From Longimicrobiales bacterium (GTDB taxonomy: Bacteria; Gemmatimonadota; Gemmatimonadetes; Longimicrobiales; Gaopeijiaceae), in contig OZ220732.1 of assembly GCA_965116905.1 (NCBI GenBank), positions 224,001 to 288,000 on the forward strand: a DNA stretch of 64,000 nucleotides, read 5' to 3'. The position numbers and the translations under genes were made by a program. A model generated the notes under the pieces. That model was not told where the DNA came from. It saw only the letters and a program-made list of their open reading frames with translations, and searched no databases. Of the stretch, positions 22,239-35,173 are shown piece by piece; position 1 is the first letter of the stretch; every line of letters begins with the position of its first letter.

Positions 22239-25178
22239 CTAGAACACCACCTCGACGCCGAGCCGGAACGTGCGGTTCGGCGACAACGTGATGCTGCTCT
22301 CGCTCCCGAGGGCCAGCCCGCTGCCGAAGGTCAGGCCGTTGAGCTCGCCGTCGATCAGCGCGTTGCGCGACCAGATCCAGAGGTTGCGGCCGGCGGCGTA
22401 CACGGTGGCGCGGTCGGCGTTGATGCGCCCGGCAATCCCCTCGGGCAGCGCGTAGCGCACCGAGACCTCGCGCAACTTGAAGTAGTCGCCGTCATAGATG
22501 AATGCGCTGCGGGCGTTGCTCTGGCTGTACCTGCCGCGTTCGGTGCCGTCCTTGTTGTACTGCACGGGGAAGGCATACGCGCACTCCGCCGCCGCCCCGT
22601 CCTCGGCGCCGCAGCGTACGAGCTCACGGCGGTAGATGCCGTTGAAGGTCGCCCACACCGAGCCCCAGTCGAAGACCTCGTGGCCGCCGGCCCAGTCGGC
22701 CAGCGCCGAGATGGTGAGGTCGTTGGCCACCGAGATGGTCGTGTGGATGCCGCCGCTCTTGTCCGGTGTCGGGAATCCGCCGGTGAACTGGCGTTCAGAG
22801 GCGTCGAAGAGCCCGTCGCCGTTGGTGTCCGACGGCATCGTGACCCACCAGGCCCCGACGGGCCCGCCGCGGCAGGTGTCCTCGTTCCCTTCCTCCGACA
22901 TCATCCAGCAGCCGGTGACCCGCTTCTGGGACCCGTCCACGGAGAAGTCGGGAACTCCGCCCATGTCGGCAATCTTGTTGTCGTTGTACGCGAAGGTGCC
23001 GCCGAGCGACCACGCCAGCATCCGGTGGTTGATCAACTGCACATTCAGCGTCACTTCGACGCCCCGGTTCAGGATCTCGCCCACGTTCTCCTGTTGCGTA
23101 CCGAGGCCGGTGACCGGCTGCCGGGGCACGCGGAACAGCGCGTCCGTCGTCCGTGCCTCGTACACCGTGGCGTTGAGACCGATGCGGTCCGACCACAGAG
23201 CGGCATCGATTCCCGCCTCGATCGTGGAGGTCTTCTCGGGTCTCAGCTCGAGGTTGCCGGGGTTCGCAAAGCGCGGCGCCGACTCGCCCCGGAAGGGACG
23301 CGCGGAAAACGTACGGTCCTTGCTGAAGGCACCCGGGAACTTGCCCGTCTGCCCGTAGGCCGCCCGGACCTTGAGTTCGTCGACAAACGGAATGCCGATG
23401 TCGTCCGAGAGCATGTACGAGCCGGTCGCCTTGGGATACAGCTCGAAGTCGATGTCGTCCCCGAAGCTCGAGCCCGCATCCATCCGGAAGCCGCCCCCCA
23501 GATACACCTTGTCCCACAGGCTCACCTGCTCGTCGAGGTACGCGCCCCCGTTGAAGACCTCGACGTTGCCCTCGTAGGCCGTGATGAGCGCGGCGGCGTC
23601 GAAGTCGTTGGTTCCCGGGAGTGCGAACGTCCGCCCGTAGCCGTTGATGAGGCTCATGTCCTCGCGGAACCCCTGCACGCCCACCGTGAGCGTGGACCCG
23701 AGCCAGCCGTCCCCCAACTCCCAGGAGTGGGTGGCACCCGCATCCATCGACACGGAGATGAAGGAGCGGTCGCGCCGGGTGATCTCGCCGGTGGGATCGT
23801 CGACGGTGAAGCCGATGGGCTGATACACTCGCTGGGCGTTGGTCCGGTGGTCCACGCCCACATTGAGCCGGGCCGAGAGGTCGTCCTGGATGTTCCAGCG
23901 GAGCCCGCCCGCGAAGATGGCCCGGGAAACCGCCTCGTCGATATCGGGCATGAGGAAGATGCGCAGCGCCTCGTGCAGGTCGGACGCCCCGGAGAAGAAG
24001 AGGGCGTCGCCGACCTCGAAGGTGGTCAGCGGGTCGTTGATCGCCGCACCGTTGTAGAGACGCTGGAAGTTGTGCCGGACGTAGCTCCCCGAAAACTCCA
24101 TCGTGAAGTCGTCGCTCAGCGAGGCCTGCATGCCGCCGCGCAGGTTGTAGTTCGTGCTTCCGTCCTTGGGCTGTGTCCCCGTGCGGTCTTCGAGACGGCC
24201 GCTGACGCTGTAGGTGACGTCGGCGGTTCCCCCGGACACGCCGGCGTAGTAGCTCTGGACGCTGCCCTGCTGAAAGTAGTTGTCCCGCATGAAGGTCTCG
24301 GCGACCTCGCCGCTCTCCACGCGCTCCGGGAAGACCAATCGCGTATCGAGGATGTTCCAGAGTTCGGCCTGTTCGATGCCCTGCTCGACCCTGGCCGTAA
24401 ACCGCGGCGCCCCGGGCATCCCCTTCTTTGTGAAGATCTGGATGACCCCGGTGGCCGCGTCCGAGCCGTAGAGGGTCGAGGCCGCGCCGCCCTTGGTGAC
24501 CTCGATCCGCTCGATGTCGCTGATAAGCAGGTCGGCCAGCGCGGACGACTGCTCGCCGCCGGTTCCGAACGCGGTGGCGTGGTCGTTGTCCACGCGCACG
24601 CCGTCGACGTAGATGACCGGGGTCTGCGGGTTGAAGACCGAGGACACGCCCCGGAAGTTGATCAGCGAACCCGTGCCCGGCTGCGCGGACGTCGCGCTGA
24701 TGGTCGCTCCGGCGACACGGCCCTGGAGAACCTGGTCGATGGACTGGACCGGGGCCAGCTCGAAGTCCTCGGCACTGAGCACCTCGACCGACGTTCCCAG
24801 CGCGCGGCGGGTGGTTTCCGCACCCACGCCCGTGACCACGATCTCGTTGAGCGCGATCGCCGTCGACACCAGTTCAATGTCGGTCGTCACCGTCTGGCCG
24901 GCGGCTACGGTCACCGTGCGCTCGACACCCTCGTAGCCGATCAGGGTCACCCGCACGACGTGTTCGCCGGCGGGCACGCTCAACAGCAGGTAGCGTCCGG
25001 ACGAGTTGGTGATCTGTCCGATTCCGGTCCCTTCGACCAGGACCTGGGCGTTGGAGAGCGGCCGCCCGGAGGCGTCGTCCAGGACCTGGCCCTGGACGAC
25101 GCCCGTCTGGGCTGTGGCCGGCGTGGCACCGACCGTCAGCGCCAGCACGGCCGCAAGCGCGGCGATGTGTTTGGTCAA
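22239..25178 (-). CDS. SusC-like TonB-dependent receptor (copy 2)
   Basis: TTG start, signal peptide, LNEIVVTG, DIERIEVTKGGAASTLYGSDAATGVIQIFTKKG, LRPEKT, YFKLREVS, terminal F. Confidence 0.92.
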   Translation of the reverse strand: MTKHIAALAAVLALTVGATPATAQTGVVQGQVLDDASGRPLSNAQVLVEGTGIGQITNSSGRYLLLSVPAGEHVVRVTLIGYEGVERTVTVAAGQTVTTDIELVSTAIALNEIVVTGVGAETTRRALGTSVEVLSAEDFELAPVQSIDQVLQGRVAGATISATSAQPGTGSLINFRGVSSVFNPQTPVIYVDGVRVDNDHATAFGTGGEQSSALADLLISDIERIEVTKGGAASTLYGSDAATGVIQIFTKKGMPGAPRFTARVEQGIEQAELWNILDTRLVFPERVESGEVAETFMRDNYFQQGSVQSYYAGVSGGTADVTYSVSGRLEDRTGTQPKDGSTNYNLRGGMQASLSDDFTMEFSGSYVRHNFQRLYNGAAINDPLTTFEVGDALFFSGASDLHEALRIFLMPDIDEAVSRAIFAGGLRWNIQDDLSARLNVGVDHRTNAQRVYQPIGFTVDDPTGEITRRDRSFISVSMDAGATHSWELGDGWLGSTLTVGVQGFREDMSLINGYGRTFALPGTNDFDAAALITAYEGNVEVFNGGAYLDEQVSLWDKVYLGGGFRMDAGSSFGDDIDFELYPKATGSYMLSDDIGIPFVDELKVRAAYGQTGKFPGAFSKDRTFSARPFRGESAPRFANPGNLELRPEKTSTIEAGIDAALWSDRIGLNATVYEARTTDALFRVPRQPVTGLGTQQENVGEILNRGVEVTLNVQLINHRMLAWSLGGTFAYNDNKIADMGGVPDFSVDGSQKRVTGCWMMSEEGNEDTCRGGPVGAWWVTMPSDTNGDGLFDASERQFTGGFPTPDKSGGIHTTISVANDLTISALADWAGGHEVFDWGSVWATFNGIYRRELVRCGAEDGAAAECAYAFPVQYNKDGTERGRYSQSNARSAFIYDGDYFKLREVSVRYALPEGIAGRINADRATVYAAGRNLWIWSRNALIDGELNGLTFGSGLALGSESSITLSPNRTFRLGVEVVF

Positions 25179-25187
25179 GCCAATCGG

Positions 25188-26663
25188 CTAGTTGAACGGC
25201 GACGCGTTGTTCGCCACCAGCACCTTGTTCATGTCGACGTGGATCGTCACCTCCATCTTGACCAGGGGAGCACCCGGGTCCACACCGTCGTAGAGGTCGA
25301 GAGGCGTGTAGATGTCCATCGCGTAGCGTGGATTCTGCGGGATGTAGGCGGGCACGATCGGCATGGTTCCCGGATCTCCCTCGTTGATGTTGTCGTTCTG
25401 GTCGATCTCGCGGAGCATCATCGGGAGCTTGATCCCGAGATCGGCGAGGCGGCGGCCCTCCAGCAGGAGGATCTCCTGCCGGGCCAGCCACAACGCGTGC
25501 CACACTTCGTTCGCGCTGCCCAGCCCCGCGATGCTGTCCGCACTCAGCGAGGTGCCCGAGATGTTCGGAATCTCCAGCCCGTCGCTCGGGCGATTGAGCA
25601 CCAGTCCGGCCCTGTAGGGACTGTCCGCATCGGCCCTGACCAGGATCTCCGCACTCCGCGGGCGCAGGCTGAGATCCGCGTTCCGCCGCTCGTCGATGTC
25701 GTCGAAGGACACCATGCTCCGGCTCTTCGCCAGCGTGACCGCATTCGCCAGGTGGCTGCGCGCCTCGCCGACGTTGCCACCCGCCAGCGCGGCCTCGGCG
25801 AGGATCAGGTGCATTTCCTCGGCCTTGGCGACCGGGATCGGCGAATCGCGCTCCGTGTACTTGGGATCCAGGAAGTCCAGCCTCGGGAGGGGCTGCATCT
25901 CCTGAAGCGCACGGAGGACGAGGAAGAATACCGACGTGTTGGCAAGGAACTGCTCGTCGTACGAGGGTGCGAAGAGGAAATCGGAAGACGCTCCCAGGAC
26001 GGCGTTCGCCGCCGAGGCGGCCGCGCCCGCGTCGCCCAGAAGCCGGTGGGCCCTTGCCAGCGCCGCGTTGGCCTGCGGTCCGAAGCCGGCTCCCGCCTGC
26101 AGGTCGCTGACCGCCCTGGTCAAGGCGACGTCGGCAGACTGCGGCGACCCGTCCTCCTCGTGGGGCACGTTGGAAAAGACCTCGCCCATGGTCAGGAAGG
26201 CCATGCCCCGGTAGTAGTGCGCCTCGGCCACGAGTGCCGGCGGCGCCCCGGGATCGTTGGGCGCGATCTCGTCAATCACGAAGTCCGCCAGCGCGCGCAA
26301 CTCCTGCACGTTCCAGTACACGCCACTGGCGCTGGTTCCGGTCCCGTTCACGTAGTCCGACGTCACCAGGTGCGGTTCGTCCATGTCCACGGGGATCCCC
26401 GTGCCATGGATCGAGTAGTTGTCGCTGATGACCTCGGCCGCGACCACGTACGCGTTGATCATCCGCGCGAACTGCGCCCTCAGTCCGGGCAGCAGCGCCT
26501 CCGTGGGGTTGGCAGCCTCGGCCAGGTCGTCGTCGGTCGTCGTCGGGTTGCTTACCTGGGTCGGATCGATGGCGTCACAGGCGACGACCGCCAGCACGGT
26601 CAGGAGCGCCGCGGCAACAGAGCGACCGCCCGCTGCGAAGATCGACATGTTCTTCTTTTTCAT
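25188..26663 (-). CDS. SusD/RagB-like lipoprotein
   Basis: Lipobox VVAC; AEAHYYRGMAF, EEMHLILAEA, RQEILLLEGRRLADL; lies between two SusC-like genes. Confidence 0.85.
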   Translation of the reverse strand: MKKKNMSIFAAGGRSVAAALLTVLAVVACDAIDPTQVSNPTTTDDDLAEAANPTEALLPGLRAQFARMINAYVVAAEVISDNYSIHGTGIPVDMDEPHLVTSDYVNGTGTSASGVYWNVQELRALADFVIDEIAPNDPGAPPALVAEAHYYRGMAFLTMGEVFSNVPHEEDGSPQSADVALTRAVSDLQAGAGFGPQANAALARAHRLLGDAGAAASAANAVLGASSDFLFAPSYDEQFLANTSVFFLVLRALQEMQPLPRLDFLDPKYTERDSPIPVAKAEEMHLILAEAALAGGNVGEARSHLANAVTLAKSRSMVSFDDIDERRNADLSLRPRSAEILVRADADSPYRAGLVLNRPSDGLEIPNISGTSLSADSIAGLGSANEVWHALWLARQEILLLEGRRLADLGIKLPMMLREIDQNDNINEGDPGTMPIVPAYIPQNPRYAMDIYTPLDLYDGVDPGAPLVKMEVTIHVDMNKVLVANNASPFN

Positions 26664-26689
26664 TTGTCTGGTCTCCTTGTCAGAGCGGT

Positions 26690-29647
26690 CTAGAACACGA
26701 CCTCGACACCGAACCTGAAGGTCCGGTTCGGGGACAGGGTGATGCTGCTCTCGCCTCCCAGCCGCAATCCACCGCCACTCAGGCCGTTCAGCTCTCCGTC
26801 GATCATCTGGTTCCTGGACCAGATCCAGAGATTGCGGCCGTTGGCGTAGACCGTGGCGCGTCCGGCCCCCACGGCATCAGCCCAGTCCTCCGGCAGAAGG
26901 TACCGCAGCGAGACCTCCCGGAGCTTGAAGTAGTCGCCGTCGTAGAGGAAGCCGCTCCGTGCCGCGCTCTGGCTGTACTTCCCGCGTACCGTGCCGTCGG
27001 CGCGGTACTGCGTCGGGAACGCGTAGGCGCATCCCTCCGCGGCCCCCTCTTCCATGCCGCAACGGACCAGCTCACGACGATAGATGCCGTTGAAGGTCGC
27101 CCACACCGACCCGTAGTCGAACACGTCGTGACCCCCGGCCCAGTCCGCCAGGGCCGTGATGGTGAGGTCGTTGCCGATGGAAACCGTGGTGTTGGCGCTG
27201 CCACTCTTGTCGGGCACCGGGAAGCTCCCGGTAAACGCGCGCTCGGAGCCGTCGGTAAGCCCGTCGCCGTTCGTGTCCACCGGCATCGTCAGATACCAGG
27301 CCCCCACGGGCCCGCCCCGGCAGGTACTTTCATCGTTGGGATCGCTCTGCGTCCAGCAGCCGGTGACGCGCTTCTGGCCACCCTCGGCGCTGAACTCCGG
27401 AACCCCGCCCATATCCGTCACTTCGTTGTGGTTGTAGTTGAAGGTCCCGCCGATGCTCCAGGCCAGGGACTGGGTGTTGAGCAGCTGCAGGTTCAGCGCT
27501 ACCTCCACGCCCCGGTTCAGGATCTCGCCCACGTTCTCCTGCTGGGTGCCCTGACCGGTCACGGGCTGGCGCGGAACGGAGAAGAGCGCGTCGGTCGTGC
27601 GGGCCTCGTAAGCGGTCAAGTCCAGGCCGATACGATTGTCCCACAGCGCCGCGTCGATTCCTGCCTCGATCGTGGAGGTCTTCTCGGGGCGCAGGTCTTC
27701 GTTGCCGGGGTTGGCGAACCGGGGTGCCGATTCGCCCCGGAAGGAGGTGGCCGAGAAGGTCCGGTCCTTCAGGAAGGCTCCGGGGAACTTGCCGGTCTGC
27801 CCGTAGGCGGCGCGAACCTTGAGTTCGTCCACGAGAGGCAGCCCGACGTCCTCCGACAGGATGTATGACCCGGTGGCCTTCGGGTAAAGCTCGGTGTCGA
27901 TGTTGTCGCCGAAGCTGGAACCCGCGTCGATCCGGAAGCCTCCGCCCACGTACAGCTTGTCCCAGAGGCTCACCCGCTCGTCGACGTAGAACCCGCCGTT
28001 GAAGACCTCGACGTTCCCTTCACCCGCGGTGATGACCGCGGCGGCGTCGAAGTCGAAGGTGCCGGGCAGCGCGAAGGAACGTCCCATGCCCCAAATCACG
28101 CTTTCTTCCTCGCGGAACCCCTGCACACCCACCGTCGTCGAAGATCCGACAGTCCCGCCGATGCTTTCCCAGCCATAGGTCAGGCCGCCGTCCAGGGACA
28201 CCGACGTGAAGGAGCGGTCCCAGCGGCGGAGTTCACCGGTGGGTTCACCCGGGGTGAAGCCGATGGGCTCGTAGGTGCGCTGCTGGTTGTTCCGGTTGTC
28301 CGTGCCCAGCGTCATCCTGAAGGACAGGTCGTCCATGATGTTCCAGCGGGCACCGGCCGAGAAGATGAACCGGTTGACCGCTTCGTCGATCTGGGGCAGC
28401 AGGAAGATGTCCAGCGCTTCGTGCAGCGTCGAAGCGCCCGAAAAGAAGAGCGCGTCGCCGACCTCGAAGGTGGTGAGCGGATCGGCGATGGCGGACCCGT
28501 TGTAGAGCCGCTCGAAGTTGTGCCGGACGTAGTTGCCCGAGAACTCCAGGGTGAAGTCCTCGGACAGCGATGCCTGCAGGCCGCCGCGGATGTTGTAGTT
28601 GGTGCTGGCGTCCCTGGGCTGCGTGCCGGTGAGGTCCTCCAGACGGCCGCTGACGCTGTACGTAACGTCCGCGGTCCCCCCGGAAACACCCACGTAGTAG
28701 TTCTGGGTCTGGCCGTTCTTGAAGTAGAGATCCCGCATGAACCGCTCGGTGATCTCGCCGGACTCGACGCGCTCGGGGAAGATGAGGCCCATGTCGAAGA
28801 TGTACTTGAGCTCGGGCGTCTCGATTCCCCGTTCAATGCGCGCGGTGATCCTCGGCGCCCCCGGGGTTCCCTTCTTGGTGAAGATCTGGATCACGCCCGT
28901 GGCCGCGTCCGATCCGAAGAGCGTCGAGGCCGCCCCGCCCTTTGTGACCTCGATACGCTCGATGTCGCTGACGAGAATGTCCGCCAGCGCCGACGACTGC
29001 TCGCCGCCCGTGCCCGCCGCCGTCGACTGGTCGTTGTCGACGCGGACGCCATCGACGTAGATGACGGGGGTCTGGGCCCCGAACACCGATGAGACGCCGC
29101 GGAAGTTGATCAGGGACCCGGTTCCGGGCTGCGCCGACGTGGCGTTCACCGTGGCGCCCGCGACCCGGCCCTGAAGGAGCTGGTCGACCGACTGCACCGG
29201 CGCCAGTTCGAAGTCTTCCGCGGCGAGCACCTCGACCGAGGTGCCCAGCGCGCGCCGTGTCGTCTCGGCACCCACGCCCGTGACGACGATTTCGTTGAGC
29301 GAGATCGCGGTCGAGGCCATCTGGATGTCGGCGGTGGCCGTCTGGCCGGCCGTGACCGTGACGGTCTGCGTCGCTTCGTCGAATCCGATCAGGGTCGCCT
29401 GAACCGTATGCTCTCCGGCGGGCACGTTCAGAAGCACGTAGCGGCCGGACGAGTTCGTGAGCTGCCCGATCCCGGTGCCGGCGACCAGAATCTGGACGTT
29501 GGAGAGCGGACGCATCGAGGCCGCGTCCACGACCAGTCCCTGCACGACGCCCGTCTGCGCCAGCGCAGGAGACGCGGTGACGGCCGTCAGCGCCAGAAAC
29601 GCCAACAGGCCCCCTGCCGCACTGCTTGCAAGTCGACTGAGTTGCAT
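26690..29647 (-). CDS. SusC-like TonB-dependent receptor (copy 1)
   Basis: RBS AAGGA before ATG 29647; same plug and barrel motifs as 22239-25178. Confidence 0.92.
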   Translation of the reverse strand: MQLSRLASSAAGGLLAFLALTAVTASPALAQTGVVQGLVVDAASMRPLSNVQILVAGTGIGQLTNSSGRYVLLNVPAGEHTVQATLIGFDEATQTVTVTAGQTATADIQMASTAISLNEIVVTGVGAETTRRALGTSVEVLAAEDFELAPVQSVDQLLQGRVAGATVNATSAQPGTGSLINFRGVSSVFGAQTPVIYVDGVRVDNDQSTAAGTGGEQSSALADILVSDIERIEVTKGGAASTLFGSDAATGVIQIFTKKGTPGAPRITARIERGIETPELKYIFDMGLIFPERVESGEITERFMRDLYFKNGQTQNYYVGVSGGTADVTYSVSGRLEDLTGTQPRDASTNYNIRGGLQASLSEDFTLEFSGNYVRHNFERLYNGSAIADPLTTFEVGDALFFSGASTLHEALDIFLLPQIDEAVNRFIFSAGARWNIMDDLSFRMTLGTDNRNNQQRTYEPIGFTPGEPTGELRRWDRSFTSVSLDGGLTYGWESIGGTVGSSTTVGVQGFREEESVIWGMGRSFALPGTFDFDAAAVITAGEGNVEVFNGGFYVDERVSLWDKLYVGGGFRIDAGSSFGDNIDTELYPKATGSYILSEDVGLPLVDELKVRAAYGQTGKFPGAFLKDRTFSATSFRGESAPRFANPGNEDLRPEKTSTIEAGIDAALWDNRIGLDLTAYEARTTDALFSVPRQPVTGQGTQQENVGEILNRGVEVALNLQLLNTQSLAWSIGGTFNYNHNEVTDMGGVPEFSAEGGQKRVTGCWTQSDPNDESTCRGGPVGAWYLTMPVDTNGDGLTDGSERAFTGSFPVPDKSGSANTTVSIGNDLTITALADWAGGHDVFDYGSVWATFNGIYRRELVRCGMEEGAAEGCAYAFPTQYRADGTVRGKYSQSAARSGFLYDGDYFKLREVSLRYLLPEDWADAVGAGRATVYANGRNLWIWSRNQMIDGELNGLSGGGLRLGGESSITLSPNRTFRFGVEVVF

Positions 29648-29818
29648 GGTGTCCTTCCTTGTCTTTATGACTCGAGTTCGGTGGAAGCGCCAATCGTTTC
29701 GGCGCCTCCAAAAAGGTGGTGGAGCCTCCGCTCCAGATACGGTCAATGTCTGGATTCGTTGCGCATCTCCTTTCTCCTTCTCTCGATCGGCGGCGTCAAG
29801 GCCGGGGAGACAACTTAC

Positions 29819-32089
<2,271 letters not shown>

Positions 32090-32093
<4 letters not shown>

Positions 32094-33259
32094 GCCTCGA
32101 TTATCCCCTTCCGGATACTCCACCGTGCCAGCGAAGGTCCCCTCAGCCGCACATCCGACTCCTTGGGCGCGGTGAGAATCACCTGGCCCGTGCACTCTTC
32201 CTGCAGGAGGGTCATGACCCGCTCGGATCGCCGCTCGTCCAGCTCCGCGAACGCGTCGTCGAGGAGGAGGATCGGGTCAACGCCGCGCCGTCTCCGGATC
32301 GTCGCCGCCTCGGTGAGGCGCAGCGCCAGCGCGGCCGTGCGGCGCTGTCCCCCGGATCCGTAGGTCCGCGCCGCGAGGGACCTGCGGGGCGCCCCCCGAT
32401 GTGCCGCGATGGTGAAGATCAGGTCGTCGCGATGCGGCCCGCACGTGGTGACCCCGCGGCGCTGATCCATGGCCCGGCATTCATCCAGCCGGGCCTGGAA
32501 CCGTTCACGGATCGATGCCTCGTCCGGCACGGAGGCCTCGTCGCCCGAATCGCCTTCACGGCTCCGGCCACCGCTTTCCCGCCACGACAGATCCGGCCGA
32601 TAGGTCATGGCCAGCGGGTCGTCGCCCGAGACGGCCGTACAGTACCCGGCGAAGGTCCCCGCCCAATCCGCGACCCATTGGCCGCGTACGCGGGTCACGT
32701 GCGCGCCGTTTTCCACGAGCAGTCCGTCCCATGCCCGCACGGCCATGGCTCCGGCGTCCGCCTTGAGCGCCGCGTTTCGCTGCGCCAGCGCCTTCCGGTA
32801 TCCGGACAGCGCTTCAACGTACCCGCCCAGGTTGAGAGAGAGGAGGATGTCCAGGAAGCGCCGCCGCAACCGCGGACCCCCGTTCACGAGGTCCACGTCG
32901 GCCGGCGAGAAGACGACCGCCCCGAGGCGTCCCAGCGCTTCGGAGATGCGGACCGAATCGTTCCCGTCCACGGAGACCCGCTTCTTCCTCCGCTTGCGGT
33001 CGAATCCGGCGGCAACCGTGGTCGGCCTGTCTCCCTTCACGGACCCTCTCAAGTGAAAGACATCCTTCGCGAATTCCGTGAGTTCACCATCGCCCGCCCC
33101 GCGAAAGGAGCGGAAGCTCTCCAGGTAGTAGATCGCCTCCAGGAGATTGGTCTTCCCCTGCGCGTTCTCGCCGACTACCGCAACACCCTCCGGAGGGAAG
33201 CGCAGTTCCTGGATTCCGAGGTTGCGGAAGTGGCGCAACTCCAGTTCACTCAAGACCAC
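32090..33259 (-). CDS. recF: DNA replication and repair protein RecF
   Basis: LRHFRNL, GENAQGKTNLLEAIY, GGPRLRRRFLD, GPHRDDL, GSGGQRR, LLLDDAFAELD. Confidence 0.95.
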
Positions 33260-33303
33260 GAACGCCGCTGGAACCGGTGGCGAGAGACTCCGGACATGCC
33301 ATG

Positions 33304-33312
33304 AATATAACA
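33304..33312 (-). promoter_or_regulatory. Possible extended -10 promoter (TGtTATATT) for recF-dciA-gyrB
   Basis: AT-rich TG-N-TATATT about 45 nt upstream of the recF GTG in a GC-rich background. Confidence 0.35.
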
Positions 33313-33347
33313 GGATCGGACCCACCTCCGGCGGCGGTCGGACCGAC

Positions 33348-33383
33348 CCGCCGAACGGTCCGCCGAACGGTCTGCGGAACCGC
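33348..33383. repeat. 12-bp tandem repeat (CCGCCGAACGGT x2 plus a degenerate copy)
   Basis: Read directly from the sequence. Confidence 0.8.
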
Positions 33384-33410
33384 CCTTCGAACCCCTGCCG
33401 CGGTCCGTCT

Positions 33411-34196
33411 CTACGATCCCTTGAAGTTCGCCTTCCGCTTCTCCAGAAACGCCGCCATTCCCTCGCGCATGTCGTCGGTGGAGGCCAGCAGTCCGAAGAG
33501 CGACGCCTCGAACTCGAGTGCGTGATCCATCGTGCTCTCGATGGCCCCGTACGCCGACGCCAGCGCCATCTCCACGGCAACCGGAGCGTTCTTCGCGATT
33601 CGCCCGGCCAGCGCGGTCGCTCGCTCCATCAGCTCGGCGTGGGGCACCACCATGTTCGCCAGCCCCATTTCCGCCGCCCTGTCGGCCCCGACCATGTCGC
33701 CCGTCACGATCATCTCGACCGCGCGTCCCAGGCCCACAAGGCGCGCGAGGCGCACCGTCCCGCCATAGCCGGGAATGATGCCCAGGCCAACCTCCGGCAA
33801 GCCGAAGCGCGCCCGGTCGCTTGCGACGCGCAGATGGCAGGCCAGCGCGAGTTCGCACCCGCCCCCCAGCGCATAACCTCCGACCGCGGCAATGACCGGC
33901 CGGGGGAAGCGCTCGATCCGGCGAAGGACCTCCTGTCCGGCCCGGCTCACCTCCGTCCCGGTCAGCGTGCCCATCTCGGCGAGCACCCCGATATCCGCGC
34001 CGGCCACGAAGGCCTTGTCGCCCGCTCCGGTCAGAATCACGGCACGCACGCTCCGGTCGTCCCGCAAACCCCCGAAGGCCGTATCGAGTTCGGCCACGAC
34101 CTGCGGGTTGAGGGCGTTCAGCTTCGACTGCCGGTCTATGGTCACCGTCGCGATGGACCCGGACACCCGGGTTCGTACGTACTGGCTTTCGCTCAT
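33411..34196 (-). CDS. Enoyl-CoA hydratase / crotonase
   Basis: KLNALN, KAFVAGADI, YALGGGCELALACH, FGLPEVGLGIIPGYGGT, EGMAAFLEKRK. Confidence 0.93.
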   Translation of the reverse strand: MSESQYVRTRVSGSIATVTIDRQSKLNALNPQVVAELDTAFGGLRDDRSVRAVILTGAGDKAFVAGADIGVLAEMGTLTGTEVSRAGQEVLRRIERFPRPVIAAVGGYALGGGCELALACHLRVASDRARFGLPEVGLGIIPGYGGTVRLARLVGLGRAVEMIVTGDMVGADRAAEMGLANMVVPHAELMERATALAGRIAKNAPVAVEMALASAYGAIESTMDHALEFEASLFGLLASTDDMREGMAAFLEKRKANFKGS

Positions 34197-34348
34197 CGGC
34201 CGTGCTCTCCGTCGGGCTCCTGTTCGGCCACGGGGGAGGCCGTGGACCGCGCGATGGGAACCTATGTGTCTCGTTGGGACATCGCCAAGTCGCAATGGGA
34301 CGCAATCAGCCCTCGGGCGTAGCGGTACCGGCGGTCCCTTCTTACCTT

Positions 34349-34393
34349 CCTTGTCCGGACGCTCCTTGTCCGGCCGCTCCTGTCCGGACGCTC
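34349..34393. repeat. 15-bp tandem repeat x3 (CCTTGTCCGGACGCT) upstream of ssb
   Basis: Read directly from the sequence. Confidence 0.85.
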
Positions 34394-34417
34394 AGAACCG
34401 CTTCTTCACGAGGAACC

Positions 34418-34867
34418 ATGGCGCGCTCTCTCAACAAGGTGACATTGATCGGGAATACCGGGAGTGACCCCGACGTGCGCACGACACCTTCGGGTACGCG
34501 CGTCGGAAAGCTCTCGCTGGCCACCAGCCGGTCTTTCCAGGACCGTTCGGGACAGCAGCAGGAGCGCACCCAATGGCACCGCCTCACCTTTTTCGGGCGA
34601 CTGGTGGATGTGGTGGAGCAATGGGTCAAGAAGGGCGACAGAATCTACGTCGAGGGGCGGCTCGAGTACTCCCAGACACAGGACGACCAGGGCGCCACAC
34701 GCTACTGGACCGACATCATCGTGAACGAGATGATCATGCTCGGGTCGAGCGGTGGGGGGGGCGGTGGCGACCGGATGGACGCGCAGGCCCCCGCACGCAG
34801 CGGCGGGGGGTACAGTCCGCCTCCCAGGCAACCCATCACGGAACCCGAGGACGACTTGCCCTTCTAG
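34418..34867 (+). CDS. ssb: Single-stranded DNA-binding protein
   Basis: [29 protein letters not shown], acidic tail DDLPF. Confidence 0.97.
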   Translation: MARSLNKVTLIGNTGSDPDVRTTPSGTRVGKLSLATSRSFQDRSGQQQERTQWHRLTFFGRLVDVVEQWVKKGDRIYVEGRLEYSQTQDDQGATRYWTDIIVNEMIMLGSSGGGGGGDRMDAQAPARSGGGYSPPPRQPITEPEDDLPF

Positions 34868-34904
34868 CGGGGCGCAGACGGCATTTCTGCCGGGGGACAG
34901 GATC

Positions 34905-35120
34905 TTGGCCAACGACGCAATCGAAATGGAGGGCACCGTAACCGAGGTCCTGCCCAACGCGAACTTTCGGGTGAAGCTGGAGAACGGGCACGAGATTCTG
35001 GCGTACCTGTCCGGGAAGATGCGGAAGTTCTATATCCGCGTCCTGGCCGGAGACCGGGTCAAGGTCGAGATGTCGCCCTACGACCTGACGCGAGGCAGGG
35101 TGACCTACCGATACAAGTGA
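34905..35120 (+). CDS. infA: Translation initiation factor IF-1
   Basis: [60 protein letters not shown]. Confidence 0.98.
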   Translation: MANDAIEMEGTVTEVLPNANFRVKLENGHEILAYLSGKMRKFYIRVLAGDRVKVEMSPYDLTRGRVTYRYK

Positions 35121-35173
35121 GGGCCTGGTTCCTCTTCTGAGGGCCTAGTCCTTCTGAGGGCCTAGTCCTCTTC
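35118..35173. repeat. 17-20 bp tandem repeat x3 (TGAGGGCCTAGTCCT..C) between convergent stop codons
   Basis: Read directly from the sequence. Confidence 0.8.

Noticed and set aside
21684..26693. 1669-aa plus-strand ORF (and similar long ORFs at 17806-20853, 29408-31861, 6925-9183, 38035-39939)
   Set aside because: Antisense shadows of well-supported genes; GC-rich codon bias removes stops on the opposite strand; no motifs.
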